Shown: piece after piece, positions 1 through 9,703 of the stretch
How positions within the stretch are numbered: position 1 is the stretch's first letter
Layout: each line of letters opens with the position of its first letter
NCBI GenBank assembly: GCA_947380065.1
Contig: CANCPL010000001.1
Coordinates: 17,661 to 81,660, forward strand
DNA: 64,000 bases
Direction: 5' to 3'
Source: Burkholderiaceae bacterium
Lineage (GTDB): Bacteria; Pseudomonadota; Gammaproteobacteria; Burkholderiales; Burkholderiaceae
Program-made: the position numbers and the translations under genes
The notes under the pieces: model-generated
Database searches by the model: none
What the model was told of the DNA's origin: nothing
Seen by the model: only the letters and a program-made list of their open reading frames with translations

Positions 1-543
1 TTGATTGAGTCTATTGGATAGATCATGGGACAGGCGCAATGGGAACTGAATATTGGGTGTAGCTACGGCATTTAATTGGTGCATTTGGGATCCTTTAATG
101 ATGGAATTAATCTAAGACCAATCGCCAAAGCCAGTCTTACGATGGCTATAGCGACTAGTTAATAAAAACTTGGTCTTATTGGGTATTTATGTGACTTGGA
201 ACTATTAGATAGATAGTGATAACTCTGGAATCACCATTTCCAAATAGAGGCAGGAATAGGATTCAATGTCTTTTGGGGAGGAGTCTTAATTCATGACTTC
301 ACTGCGTTCAGTCATTTGATACTGCGTATCAAGGTTCTATTGGTTGGAGCAGGAAATGGATTCAAATTCAAAAGCGGACATACTTACTTATCCAATTTTT
401 TAATGATTTCAGCAGATATTTTGGTATATATGAAGATATATTTTGCATGTTTACCACTTTCACCATTCCCAAGACCCCTCCTCCAAAAAATTTCCTAGAT
501 TTACAGTTACCGATACTGCAATTTGACCTAGGAAGAATCTTTT

Positions 544-1251
544 TTATGCTCTAAGTTCTCTAATATCCTGCTCACGCAGTGTAGTAAAGTACTTTTCATC
601 CTCATCAATCACATCGCTGACATCCAATACCTCATTCAGAGATTCTGTGATCTCAGGATCCTCAAAGCGAATCCATCCTTTATTTCTATAGTCAGATAGT
701 GTCTCAACCACCCTATCAAAATCTGATTTAGGCAAATCACGAACAATACTGATTTCAAACCTGTTTATCTTATTGATAACCCTTGATAGAGTAAGTGGTT
801 TAGATCTCAAAGACGGTGGATTTAGCAACTTGTTCTTAGCAAGAACCGAGGACTTATTCATCATTTTCTTAAGATGCTCAAGTGTTGTCTCCTTAGAAAA
901 GGAAGTTCTCACCACATATCTCTCAAAATCGTCAGCATCTAGAGTCGCCATTTCATAGAGCACCGAGAATGATGATGGCAACTTGTCCATATAGAGTCTA
1001 AATTTATCGGCATTTCTGCCAATAGACTTGTATTTTCTGAAAGTTGAACCCTTTGAGTCTAAATGTACAGACGTGCAGAAATACTCCAAATCACTATCAG
1101 AAAGCTCTTTTGACTTGAATTTCGTATAAATCTCATAGACCGCCTCGCCCATATTCAAAATACCCTCAATAGCGTTTTTAGTCGATTGCTGATATCTGCG
1201 AACATATTCATCTGCAATATTCTTATTAGTTATAACCATAGCTGTACCCAT
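544..1251 (-). CDS. hypothetical protein of mobile-element type (possibly DUF3102-like DNA-binding protein)
   Basis: 235-aa ORF with a strong AAGGAGAG RBS before the ATG and a consensus sigma70 promoter upstream. The family guess rests on a weak resemblance (LPSSFSVLYEMATL). Confidence 0.7.
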   Translation of the reverse strand: MGTAMVITNKNIADEYVRRYQQSTKNAIEGILNMGEAVYEIYTKFKSKELSDSDLEYFCTSVHLDSKGSTFRKYKSIGRNADKFRLYMDKLPSSFSVLYEMATLDADDFERYVVRTSFSKETTLEHLKKMMNKSSVLAKNKLLNPPSLRSKPLTLSRVINKINRFEISIVRDLPKSDFDRVVETLSDYRNKGWIRFEDPEITESLNEVLDVSDVIDEDEKYFTTLREQDIRELRA

Positions 1252-1447
1252 AACGCTCTCCTTTAATTAATTGATAAATTTTGAGCAAAAAAGGTTCCAT
1301 TCCAATGAAGGAATAACAAATTTTGCTTAATTCGATTTACTTAAAAAGAGTGACTTTGGTGTAATTATTGGTTGTCACTATCTCGTGGTTTCGGAGGGCA
1401 TTGGAGCGCTCTTATGGGAAGCACGATACATCTACTACTGTGAACCT

Positions 1448-1476
1448 ATTGTAGCAAAAAACAGTCTATTTGTCAA
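1448..1476 (-). promoter_or_regulatory. near-consensus sigma70 promoter (TTGACA-17 nt-TACAAT)
   Basis: The minus strand reads TTGACA aatagactgttttttgc TACAAT and points toward the 544-1251 ORF. Confidence 0.75.
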
Positions 1477-1536
1477 TATCTACATGGGTTTCGTGGCATT
1501 TACGCACTTGAAAATTAGATAAAAATCAGGGAAATT

Positions 1537-1556
1537 TTGTTCTTAGTGAGAACAAA
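1537..1556. repeat. 20-bp quasi-palindromic repeat TTGTTCTTAGTGAGAACAAA, copy 1
   Basis: Identical to 10350-10369. The arms TTGTTCT/AGAACAA extend to 1534-1558 at this copy. Confidence 0.9.
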
Positions 1557-1655
1557 ATAGGTGTTCAGAAAGTCAAAAAAAATGCCCCTGATTTAACGCT
1601 ATCAGGAGCATGATTTTTAATAGACTTTGAAGTGTTCAGTAAGTTGATACTATAA

Positions 1656-2576
1656 CTACGCTGCTTTAGTATTTAATTTACAAATCTCAACTAGCCTATC
1701 GCGCTCCTTCAGAACTTTTAAAATATACCCCCCATCTTCTCCAGATTCTCCGGCACCCACATAAGACCTTAGTCCATTTTCCAGAGAGCCAGTTTGAGCT
1801 ATGAAATACTTGAGAATATATGCACCTATGCGAATATTTACCTCAGGGCGCGCTGTTTGGCTTGCGCCGCCATAAGGCAAATACTTATCTAAATGGATTG
1901 ATGTCATTACCTGCATTAAACCCTCTGCGCCCGCTGTGCTTCGCAAGTTAGGATTAAAATTTGACTCAATAGACATTACTGCCATCAGCAAAATTGGATC
2001 GATCTTTACTTCCTTGCCAACAACAACTGCATTAGATACGTATTCGTCCATTTTTTGGCGATCAACGAGATACTTATTTGCAAAATACTCCGAGACAGCC
2101 CTCTGGTTTCTTATAGACCCCAATAAACTACTATCCAGTGCCAAGGGATCTAATTTTGTAGCCGAGATCCTATCAGAAAGATGCGCTATTGTAGGAACTT
2201 TCAAATAGGCAACATCAGGCTTCAATAGGGCCATGCCTTGATATCCCTCCGCTTTATCGTCTTGCGATCCTTCGAGAGTAAGCTCTAAACCATTGCGCCA
2301 AATAAGAGAGCGGGCATTATCAGGGACTAAAAACTTTGCTCCATCAAAAAATCCAGAGCCAGTTCCACTTCCAGAGAGCCATAAACCCACAAGCACAAAA
2401 ATGGCAATAAACATAAGGCTCTTTGCTACAGAGGAGCCGACTTGGCATAACTCTATAAATATGGAGCGAATGCTTTTATCGACTAATTCATAGTCAAACC
2501 GTACCGACCGGAAACTCATCAATCTAACTTTAATCATATTTTTAAGTGCGCATCGAAATAATGTTGCATTGCACAA
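1656..2576 (-). CDS. lytic transglycosylase (SLT domain), membrane-anchored; start may be 2537 or 2519
   Basis: SLT motifs IESNFNP (catalytic Glu), GAEGLMQV and NIRIGAYIL, plus an N-terminal hydrophobic helix. Confidence 0.9.
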   Translation of the reverse strand: MCNATLFRCALKNMIKVRLMSFRSVRFDYELVDKSIRSIFIELCQVGSSVAKSLMFIAIFVLVGLWLSGSGTGSGFFDGAKFLVPDNARSLIWRNGLELTLEGSQDDKAEGYQGMALLKPDVAYLKVPTIAHLSDRISATKLDPLALDSSLLGSIRNQRAVSEYFANKYLVDRQKMDEYVSNAVVVGKEVKIDPILLMAVMSIESNFNPNLRSTAGAEGLMQVMTSIHLDKYLPYGGASQTARPEVNIRIGAYILKYFIAQTGSLENGLRSYVGAGESGEDGGYILKVLKERDRLVEICKLNTKAA

Positions 2577-2800
2577 ATTATAAAAGATGATGAATCTTAT
2601 AAACCTTCATATAACAGGTCAAGTATATTAAATATAGCTTTAATGACTTTTAGGTCTAATAATACATTAAATAAGTAAACCAAAAGTAACGTCTGATAAT
2701 AAGTCTAGTATATTCATGGACTTATAACTGAAAGTAGTGGACAATTTCATTTAGTGAAATAATTTAGAAAATTCTGTTTTTTTATATTTATTCAATAAAA

Positions 2801-2816
2801 ACACTATATGTAGTGT
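2801..2816. promoter_or_regulatory. NrdR-box-like palindrome ACACTATATGTAGTGT
   Basis: Matches the acaCwAtATaTwGtgt consensus at 15 of 16 positions. Function here is unknown. Confidence 0.4.
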
Positions 2817-2901
2817 AATTTTTTGGCAAATAACTACCAGTCGTATATAGAAGAATCTACTCAAAAAAAAGAGTTAACCATATCTGTGACTTGAGCTGGG
2901 C

Positions 2902-4251
2902 CTACTTATTTAAATTCATTAACTGAAAACTCTTGCTGAAATCTCTGGCGCTCTTTTGATACCCGTCAACAGTAAGGTGAGTTAAGTCCCTTGCCATCAG
3001 CGGTGGAGAATGTCTAACCCAGCGATACGCCCCGCCGACGCCACCCATTTCATCCTGCCAATTCCAAAATGAACACCCATAACTATTCCCTATATTTTTC
3101 TGAGCCTGGCTAATCTCATAGTGAACCTTCGAAAAGGTCAGTAAATCGTTAGGAGAAGCTGATTGCTGTTTTGATTTTTTACGCGACCGCTTAACCAAAA
3201 TACCTCTATCGGTGGGACCAATTAGTATGCAGGCTGAATCTGGATATATTTGCCTCATATTAGCCAACTGCGCTTTTAAATTCTCACTATAGAGCGCAAG
3301 GTTAAAGGGGCGCTGGTTCCCTTCATTTGTGCCATATTCAAAAATAATAAGATCATAAGCACCCATGCCATGTGCTAAGAAATGGCCAGGGCTTATATTC
3401 TTCCAAGATAATCCTGTAGCACCAGGAATGCCAAAAGTATCAAAATATACTCCCGCAGCCTTAGTAAATTCAGGAATAAATCCATCAATACTTATAGACC
3501 CCTTTACAAGTCTTAGTTTTAAGACCGAGAAACTGTTATCTGAATTAATTTTTACCAATCCTAAATTTGATTTATTTAAAAGTAACTCTTGCTCTGGTCC
3601 ACCATCAATGGATAATGAAATCGTTGCTGGCGATTCTGAAGCAGTTATTGTGTACAAAATATCCAAGCTCTTTAGTTTTGCATCATTTTTTGCCCGACCA
3701 AAGTCTACCCATATATAACTATCACCAACACTAGATGTCATCTTTGCGAGACCTCTTGAAAATTCAACGCCAGCAGAGCCCCGATATGCATATTCATATT
3801 TCCATGCAGGACCAACACAAACTTTATTAACTGGAAGACGCACTCCAGAACGACCCATCAAGGGAGGTATAAACGTTGGCAAAACATTTTCTGGATTGGC
3901 GACAAAACTCTTAATAAGTTCATCTGAAAAAAACCTTGCTGCAGCATGGCTATCACCCCACAGCCCAATACGCAAAGGAGAAGAGTTTAATTTAGCCAAT
4001 AGTGGAGATAAAGTCTCATTATGAAAATCCGGCTCTTGCGGTAGATTCAGCGCAGCAACTTCTTCATCACTTGGGGGCTCAAGCACATCGACCACTATCG
4101 ATGGCTTTGAGAATGAAGGCGCTTTTGACTTAATTACAGGGCAGACCAACCCATATCCAGATGCGCCTGTGGATAGATTAATGGTTTGGGAGTTTGCAAA
4201 GTTTATAAAGAATATAAAAAACCCCGAGGAAAGAATCTTAAGATAGTTCAC
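2902..4251 (-). CDS. ape1: SGNH/GDSL O-acetylpeptidoglycan esterase, Ape1-like
   Basis: Signal peptide, GDSH, YGTNE and DLTH motifs with an inserted beta-rich domain. Third gene after patA and patB, with a GTGA overlap on the patB stop. Confidence 0.75.
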   Translation of the reverse strand: MNYLKILSSGFFIFFINFANSQTINLSTGASGYGLVCPVIKSKAPSFSKPSIVVDVLEPPSDEEVAALNLPQEPDFHNETLSPLLAKLNSSPLRIGLWGDSHAAARFFSDELIKSFVANPENVLPTFIPPLMGRSGVRLPVNKVCVGPAWKYEYAYRGSAGVEFSRGLAKMTSSVGDSYIWVDFGRAKNDAKLKSLDILYTITASESPATISLSIDGGPEQELLLNKSNLGLVKINSDNSFSVLKLRLVKGSISIDGFIPEFTKAAGVYFDTFGIPGATGLSWKNISPGHFLAHGMGAYDLIIFEYGTNEGNQRPFNLALYSENLKAQLANMRQIYPDSACILIGPTDRGILVKRSRKKSKQQSASPNDLLTFSKVHYEISQAQKNIGNSYGCSFWNWQDEMGGVGGAYRWVRHSPPLMARDLTHLTVDGYQKSARDFSKSFQLMNLNK

Positions 4252-5168
4252 TTAGCATTTGACCCTGTAATTACGCTTACTAATTTAGTAGAAATAATCC
4301 TAAGTCCCTGGGGTGAAAAGTGAGTTCCATCAGATGCCCGAACAACTACCTCTTTTCCATTTGAATCAAATATATAGTTTTTAAAAGGATGCTCTAGATT
4401 CCCTAATAGATCTTCTGTAGAAATGAAATTGAAGCCATATGCACTCATCTCTTCCTTAAAAATCTTATTCTGAATGACCGCTCCTTTATGCAGCCTATCC
4501 TCCCTCATTGAAGGGAGGCCTATCCATATAATTTTGACACGACTAAAAGAGGCAAAATCTAAAACCTCCCTTACTCGACTCCGATACTTATCTTCCCACT
4601 CTGGAGATGGAAATTTAAATCTTTGCTTGCCATCAACAATATCCCAGGGATCATTTGGACCTAAGAATATAACAACGCAATCAAAGTGCTTCTTTGTAAT
4701 TTGCTCCTTAATAGTAGCTGGCCAGTCCAAATATCGATTAACTGTGAGTCCTGTACTTTGTTTGCTCAAATCTTCAAAATAGCCTTCTGGGTGGATTTTT
4801 CGTAGGCTTGAAATTGCAACTGGTGCAATGCCTTGCATCATAGAATCGCCAGCAAATAGGATGCGAACTTCAGGACTTAGATCGAGAGAATTATTTGACT
4901 GATCAGACTTCTTATTAGATGAAGACACTCTGATTCCACTAGAATTGTCAGACTTTATAGGCGGATCAATATCAGAGTTTGAGTTTTTACTAGATAGGAC
5001 TTTTTTTAATTTTATCGATGGTTGAAATAAGGCGTCAGGAAAATATTCGCTTAAGGTTACATGATATTGAGTGCTCAGATAGGCATCAAGTGAGTCCAAC
5101 CAAAGAAAAGTGTTCAGAAGAATTACTGTAGCAGCTATAAAAAAAATATTTGTTTTCTTGGCGTTCAT
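4248..5168 (-). CDS. patB: peptidoglycan O-acetyltransferase PatB (DUF459/SGNH)
   Basis: GDSMMQG, SKQSTGL, LGPNDPWD and DGTHF motifs as in Neisseria PatB, with an N-terminal membrane anchor. Confidence 0.85.
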   Translation of the reverse strand: MNAKKTNIFFIAATVILLNTFLWLDSLDAYLSTQYHVTLSEYFPDALFQPSIKLKKVLSSKNSNSDIDPPIKSDNSSGIRVSSSNKKSDQSNNSLDLSPEVRILFAGDSMMQGIAPVAISSLRKIHPEGYFEDLSKQSTGLTVNRYLDWPATIKEQITKKHFDCVVIFLGPNDPWDIVDGKQRFKFPSPEWEDKYRSRVREVLDFASFSRVKIIWIGLPSMREDRLHKGAVIQNKIFKEEMSAYGFNFISTEDLLGNLEHPFKNYIFDSNGKEVVVRASDGTHFSPQGLRIISTKLVSVITGSNAK

Positions 5169-5169
5169 A

Positions 5170-6567
5170 TTAAAAGCGGTAATAAATAAAATTAGGTACG
5201 CCAGATGGGCCTAATAAAACTAGTAAAAAAGAAAAAAGTAGGATAATAAGACTCAATGTGATGGTCTTGGTAGATTTAATTACCTCTATAAAAAAATCTT
5301 GGATCCTCTGGGCGTTAACGCTAGCAACAAAAAACACAGCTGTGAAAAAAATAAGGGCAAGAAAATTTAGACTAAAGGCAAATTTAAATTTAAGTGCGGA
5401 GCCTATAAGTGTTAAAGCATTATCAATCGTGGATGACCTAAAAAATATCCATGCAAATCCAACAAAGAGGAGCGTAAATATGCGCGACAGAATGATGGGA
5501 ATTTTTACATGCAGAAATCTATGAGATACGTTCAAGTAAACAGCCCCAAAACCGTGCAAAATACCCCACAAGATGAATGTATAGCTAGCGCCATGCCAGA
5601 GGCCACTTAAAACCATAGCAGCCAAAAGATTAAACTGCTCCCGAACAAAACCCTTTTGATTTCCGCCTAGAGGGATATATACATAGTCACGAATAAATGT
5701 TGATAGAGAAATATGCCAGCGACGCCAAAAGTCTTGCAGATTAATAGCTAAATATGGCTGCATAAAATTGATTGGCAATTTATATCCAAGCAGGAATCCC
5801 AGACCAGTAACAATTAAAGTGTACCCAGAAAAATCAAGAAATATCTGAAGTGAATATCCCAAGACTGCAGAAAAGACTGAAATAAAATTTTGAGCCTCGG
5901 GATATTCAAATACCTTATAAACAAAAGTATTTTCCAGCCAATTAGCAAAAACTAATTTTTGTAATAGCCCCAGTAGGATGAAGTAAATAGCCTTACTAAC
6001 TTCTATTGGTGAACCGACATTTGGTCCTGATAGTTGTCTAAAAAAGTCTTGGGCTCGAAAGATTGGGCCCGCAAATAAAGTGGGCCAAAATGATAGGTAC
6101 AAAGTTGTATCAATGACTGAGGCTTTTTCACTCGGATTTTGATATCTCCAGGTGAGGTATGTAATAGCTTGAAATGTAAAAAAGGAGATCCCAGCAGGTG
6201 CCACAATATCTAAAGCAGGTATAAATACATTCAATCCTAAAAAGTTAAGGATCGATAATGATGTTTGTCTAATCAGTTCAAAATATTTAAAAAATATTAA
6301 GACAAGAATTAACACCATAAGACCAATAGCAAACTCTAGAACCCTCCTACGATTTAGACTGGTAATCGATATCCATCTACCCATCAACCATAAATAAAGG
6401 CAAAATAAGAGCAACACCAATGCAAATATTTTAGAAAAACAAAAATAAATAAAAAAACTTATAGATGTAAGAAAGATTGATTGTATTTTTTTTTGGCTAT
6501 TAAGTGCCCAATAAATTGGGAAAAAAATAATGGAAAAAAATGCAAATTCTGGGGATAAAAAGCTCAT
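5170..6567 (-). CDS. patA: MBOAT-family acetyl transferase/translocase PatA (AlgI-like)
   Basis: GISFFTFQAITY, DFSGY, FWRRWHISLS and SGLWHG (catalytic His) motifs; polytopic membrane protein. Confidence 0.9.
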   Translation of the reverse strand: MSFLSPEFAFFSIIFFPIYWALNSQKKIQSIFLTSISFFIYFCFSKIFALVLLLFCLYLWLMGRWISITSLNRRRVLEFAIGLMVLILVLIFFKYFELIRQTSLSILNFLGLNVFIPALDIVAPAGISFFTFQAITYLTWRYQNPSEKASVIDTTLYLSFWPTLFAGPIFRAQDFFRQLSGPNVGSPIEVSKAIYFILLGLLQKLVFANWLENTFVYKVFEYPEAQNFISVFSAVLGYSLQIFLDFSGYTLIVTGLGFLLGYKLPINFMQPYLAINLQDFWRRWHISLSTFIRDYVYIPLGGNQKGFVREQFNLLAAMVLSGLWHGASYTFILWGILHGFGAVYLNVSHRFLHVKIPIILSRIFTLLFVGFAWIFFRSSTIDNALTLIGSALKFKFAFSLNFLALIFFTAVFFVASVNAQRIQDFFIEVIKSTKTITLSLIILLFSFLLVLLGPSGVPNFIYYRF

Positions 6568-6603
6568 AATTTGCAACTATATGAAATTAATTGGATATTA
6601 CAC

Positions 6604-6627
6604 AATCATAGCAAATTGGCTATGATT
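6604..6627. promoter_or_regulatory. perfect 9-bp inverted repeat upstream of patA (AATCATAGC-N6-GCTATGATT)
   Basis: Seen directly about 40-60 bp upstream of the patA start; it could be an operator or a hairpin. Confidence 0.4.
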
Positions 6628-6720
6628 AAATACCTTAATTGTATTTGAGACGATCATGGAAGATCGCATTAAAAATTCATTCTAGATGCCGGAATACTTA
6701 TTCCGTATAAATTTGATAGC

Positions 6721-7833
6721 CTATCCATTAAATGTAAAGCTCTCTCTTTTCTTATCTTTATATTTCGGCATAGTCATCTCAAATTTACCATCCTTGATAA
6801 CTATATCCGCAATACCGGAGCAATTGCCAAATACATCGGTAGTATTGACATTGGCACCCAACAAAGTTATCCATCGAAAATTGCCGTAACAACCTTTTTC
6901 TCCATCATCAACCATCACCAATATATAGATATTATTATTCAACTCAATTACCTCATCAATCCGAACTCTATTTTTTGCTTGAATTGACGGGATTAATGGC
7001 GCATCTTTATAAATGAATAATGCCTTATCTTTTTCATTCAATACACCAATGTCTCCATACTTTGTTTTCCTTTGGTCCTCACGCCTGTATACGCCAGATC
7101 TCGCATAGGTTTCATCGTCATTAGATGAAATCCCAGTTTGGGCTTTCCCAATCATATCGCCCAGCCTCTTAAGCGACTTATCTCTTGCTTCCAATTCAAG
7201 TAATCTGTCTAACGCAGATTGACTTCCAGTATCAGACGCCAATTTCAACCATCTTAAGCCCATATCCTTTGCATTAAAAAATGATTTATTCTTTTCGACA
7301 AGTCTGACGTTTGGAAAATATTCTAAGTCGGTTAGATAAAGGCCAACAGCATGCTGTGCGGATATATTACCGTTCAAAGCAGACATCTTGAAATACTTAT
7401 ATGCCTGAGCAGGATCTTTCTTTACACCCTCACCTTTATGTAAAGCACTTCCATATCTGAACTGTGAGTCAGCATCACCATTATCAGCAGCCTTTTTAAA
7501 CCAATTTGCCGATTGCTTTAAATCTTTATTAACACCAATACCGTTGTAGTACATATTTGCAACGTTATATTGTGATGTTATCTCCCCTCCATTGGCTGAC
7601 TTTAGATACAAGGAAAAAGCTTTTGCTTTATTTTGTTCCACGCCATAACCATTGCTATACATAGTTGCGACCCAAAATTGAGCGTCTGGATCATTTTTAT
7701 CGACATACTCGCTCCATATTGCAAGGGCTTTACCATAATCTTTCCTAGAGTAAGCATCCTCAGCATCTTGTTTAGTAGCAGCAAAGGCTGAAAGATAAGT
7801 AAATGCAGCTAATATGATCAATATTTTTTTCAT
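6721..7833 (-). CDS. secreted Sel1-like repeat protein with a Cys-containing C-terminal domain
   Basis: Signal peptide (SAFA) and several AQ(F/Y)xxxxMYxxGxGVxxDxxxA-type repeats. Confidence 0.9.
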   Translation of the reverse strand: MKKILIILAAFTYLSAFAATKQDAEDAYSRKDYGKALAIWSEYVDKNDPDAQFWVATMYSNGYGVEQNKAKAFSLYLKSANGGEITSQYNVANMYYNGIGVNKDLKQSANWFKKAADNGDADSQFRYGSALHKGEGVKKDPAQAYKYFKMSALNGNISAQHAVGLYLTDLEYFPNVRLVEKNKSFFNAKDMGLRWLKLASDTGSQSALDRLLELEARDKSLKRLGDMIGKAQTGISSNDDETYARSGVYRREDQRKTKYGDIGVLNEKDKALFIYKDAPLIPSIQAKNRVRIDEVIELNNNIYILVMVDDGEKGCYGNFRWITLLGANVNTTDVFGNCSGIADIVIKDGKFEMTMPKYKDKKRESFTFNG

Positions 7834-7856
7834 TATCCTTACTCTTGAAAGATTTT

Positions 7857-8108
7857 CTAATTAGATGAAGATGAAAAGAAAAAGAATCCCCTGCCTATAA
7901 TTGAGGTAATAAAAAAGAAAATGATGATATATCCGATCATTGTGAATTCCCCACAACTAGAGATGAAGTCTTGATTACTCTGAATGCATTGATTCAATAG
8001 ATTGGGGTTTCTGTAATGTTTTGCTATGTAATCAATTACAGACTCTGCCTCAATTGATCTAAGACAAACAAGAAAATAGTGGGCAATTCCAGCTGCAATT
8101 GAGTCCAT
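7857..8108 (-). CDS. small hypothetical membrane protein
   Basis: 83-aa ORF with two hydrophobic segments, co-oriented with neighbours and filling the gap between them. Confidence 0.5.
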   Translation of the reverse strand: MDSIAAGIAHYFLVCLRSIEAESVIDYIAKHYRNPNLLNQCIQSNQDFISSCGEFTMIGYIIIFFFITSIIGRGFFFFSSSSN

Positions 8109-8150
8109 AAAAACCTTACGCTTAATTGTGTATTGAGAAAGTTAAAAAAA

Positions 8151-8990
8151 CTAAAAGGCTTTCTTTGCGCCCCTGCATTGACTAGCTATAACACCCCAAG
8201 CTCTTCTTAATCGATCTATTGAGCAGGATGAACTATCACACTGAAACCAATCAGGTAAGCCTTCAACTCTTGACTGGTATTTTAAATATGCGTCACCAGT
8301 AAACCATTGATTTCCAATTTTATAATTAGGGTAGTTTCCATTTAGCTTGTAAAAAGCAACTCGTGAAATGTCCCCTTTGTTTAAATCGATGATTTGATCT
8401 TCTTCATTTTTATTTCCCGCACTTCCTGTATACATTGCAGTTAATGCGTTTAGCATTGAAACCTCAGCAGGGGTTTTAGATTTATCAAGTGCCAAACCAT
8501 ATATACACTTTCCGCTTGTTATGTCTATTGGATAAAAAAATTGGTACCCTGAGGAGTCTTCTTTTGTACCACTTGCATAATTAAGCGCTTGTGAAACAAT
8601 ATTTTTTTGTGCAAGAGTTCTTTTTTTAGCAATATTTTCTTGAGACTCCTGAGTACTTCTTTTTTGCGCAAGTTCTTTTTGTTTTTCTTTTTCCGATGGA
8701 TTTGGTTTATTTGACTGATTTGATTGCGAAAGATAAGCATTCATTTCATTTGCTGAAAGTACTTTTACAATTCTTCCCTCCGAGACAATAACTCCTCCGT
8801 TAAAGTTTTTCGAGTATTCCCGAGTATTTCGATAAACCATTCCGCTTGTAGATCCACCCACTGGAACGTATGCATTGCCTTTGCCTGCCCACATAAGATC
8901 AAAATCCATGCCAACCTGTGGATCTGAAATTATAGAAACACATCCAGCAATTGCAAATATAGTTAACACGGTAATTATGAATTTCTTCAT
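8151..8990 (-). CDS. hypothetical lipoprotein
   Basis: Signal peptide with lipobox IAG-C; several C-terminal cysteines. Confidence 0.8.
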   Translation of the reverse strand: MKKFIITVLTIFAIAGCVSIISDPQVGMDFDLMWAGKGNAYVPVGGSTSGMVYRNTREYSKNFNGGVIVSEGRIVKVLSANEMNAYLSQSNQSNKPNPSEKEKQKELAQKRSTQESQENIAKKRTLAQKNIVSQALNYASGTKEDSSGYQFFYPIDITSGKCIYGLALDKSKTPAEVSMLNALTAMYTGSAGNKNEEDQIIDLNKGDISRVAFYKLNGNYPNYKIGNQWFTGDAYLKYQSRVEGLPDWFQCDSSSCSIDRLRRAWGVIASQCRGAKKAF

Positions 8991-9039
8991 TTGGTCATCA
9001 TTTATTAAATTTTTATTTGAGTCAATTTAATATAAGAAT

Positions 9040-9510
9040 CTACATTTGATCGGCGACTAGACATTGTGACTTATCTAATGGCGGTAATACTGCATTAAGC
9101 TTTGATACTGAAAATTCAGAATGAACCGAATCAGAAAACTTTACGGATAAGCTTTTAGCATTTCGCAACTTATCCCAGAAAAAGACAAAGTTTTCTGAAC
9201 ATACTTTACAGTCGTTATTTAAGTACTCGTTGCGATATTCTATTGAGTCGATTATGAAAGTAATTTTTTCACCTTTTTTCGCATCGGGATCTTTTCCTAA
9301 AATTGTTGCAGATATGCTTGCAGCTGCATTACTTGGACATGCGATATAAACCTGATTCCCTGGTCCGTTATCAATAAAATATTCTATAGTTCCTTGCCCA
9401 AATCCTGACTTCCATTCACCCTGAACTGCAGAAATCTTTTCCGATTTTCCGCAACTGATCAATACTAATATCAACGATATTGATGCAATTACCTTCAGAT
9501 TTATTTTCAT
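9040..9510 (-). CDS. hypothetical lipoprotein
   Basis: Lipobox LIS-C; CxxC and additional cysteines. Confidence 0.8.
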   Translation of the reverse strand: MKINLKVIASISLILVLISCGKSEKISAVQGEWKSGFGQGTIEYFIDNGPGNQVYIACPSNAAASISATILGKDPDAKKGEKITFIIDSIEYRNEYLNNDCKVCSENFVFFWDKLRNAKSLSVKFSDSVHSEFSVSKLNAVLPPLDKSQCLVADQM

Positions 9511-9703
9511 TTTTATAATTTTAGAAATTATGCGTCAAATCTTTTGGAGATCAAAATGGGGATTTGTAATAATGGTTTTTTCACTTTTAATTTCCCTATC
9601 CTCAAGGTTTGCTAATTCTTATTGGTTATTAAATCTACCACTATATTATGACTATCCACAATCCTCATCTACCCCCTCTTTTGCTCTCTAAATTAGTTTT
9701 TAC

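Noticed and set aside
1-543. Possible CDS at the window start, including the 316-498 ORF
   Set aside because: Only short ORFs with no recognisable motifs were found; treated as non-coding or degenerate island DNA.
5139-6540. A7-A8/T8 homopolymers near the 5' ends of patB and patA as phase-variation tracts
   Set aside because: Such runs are common throughout this AT-rich island and both ORFs are intact; there are no long G/C tracts.
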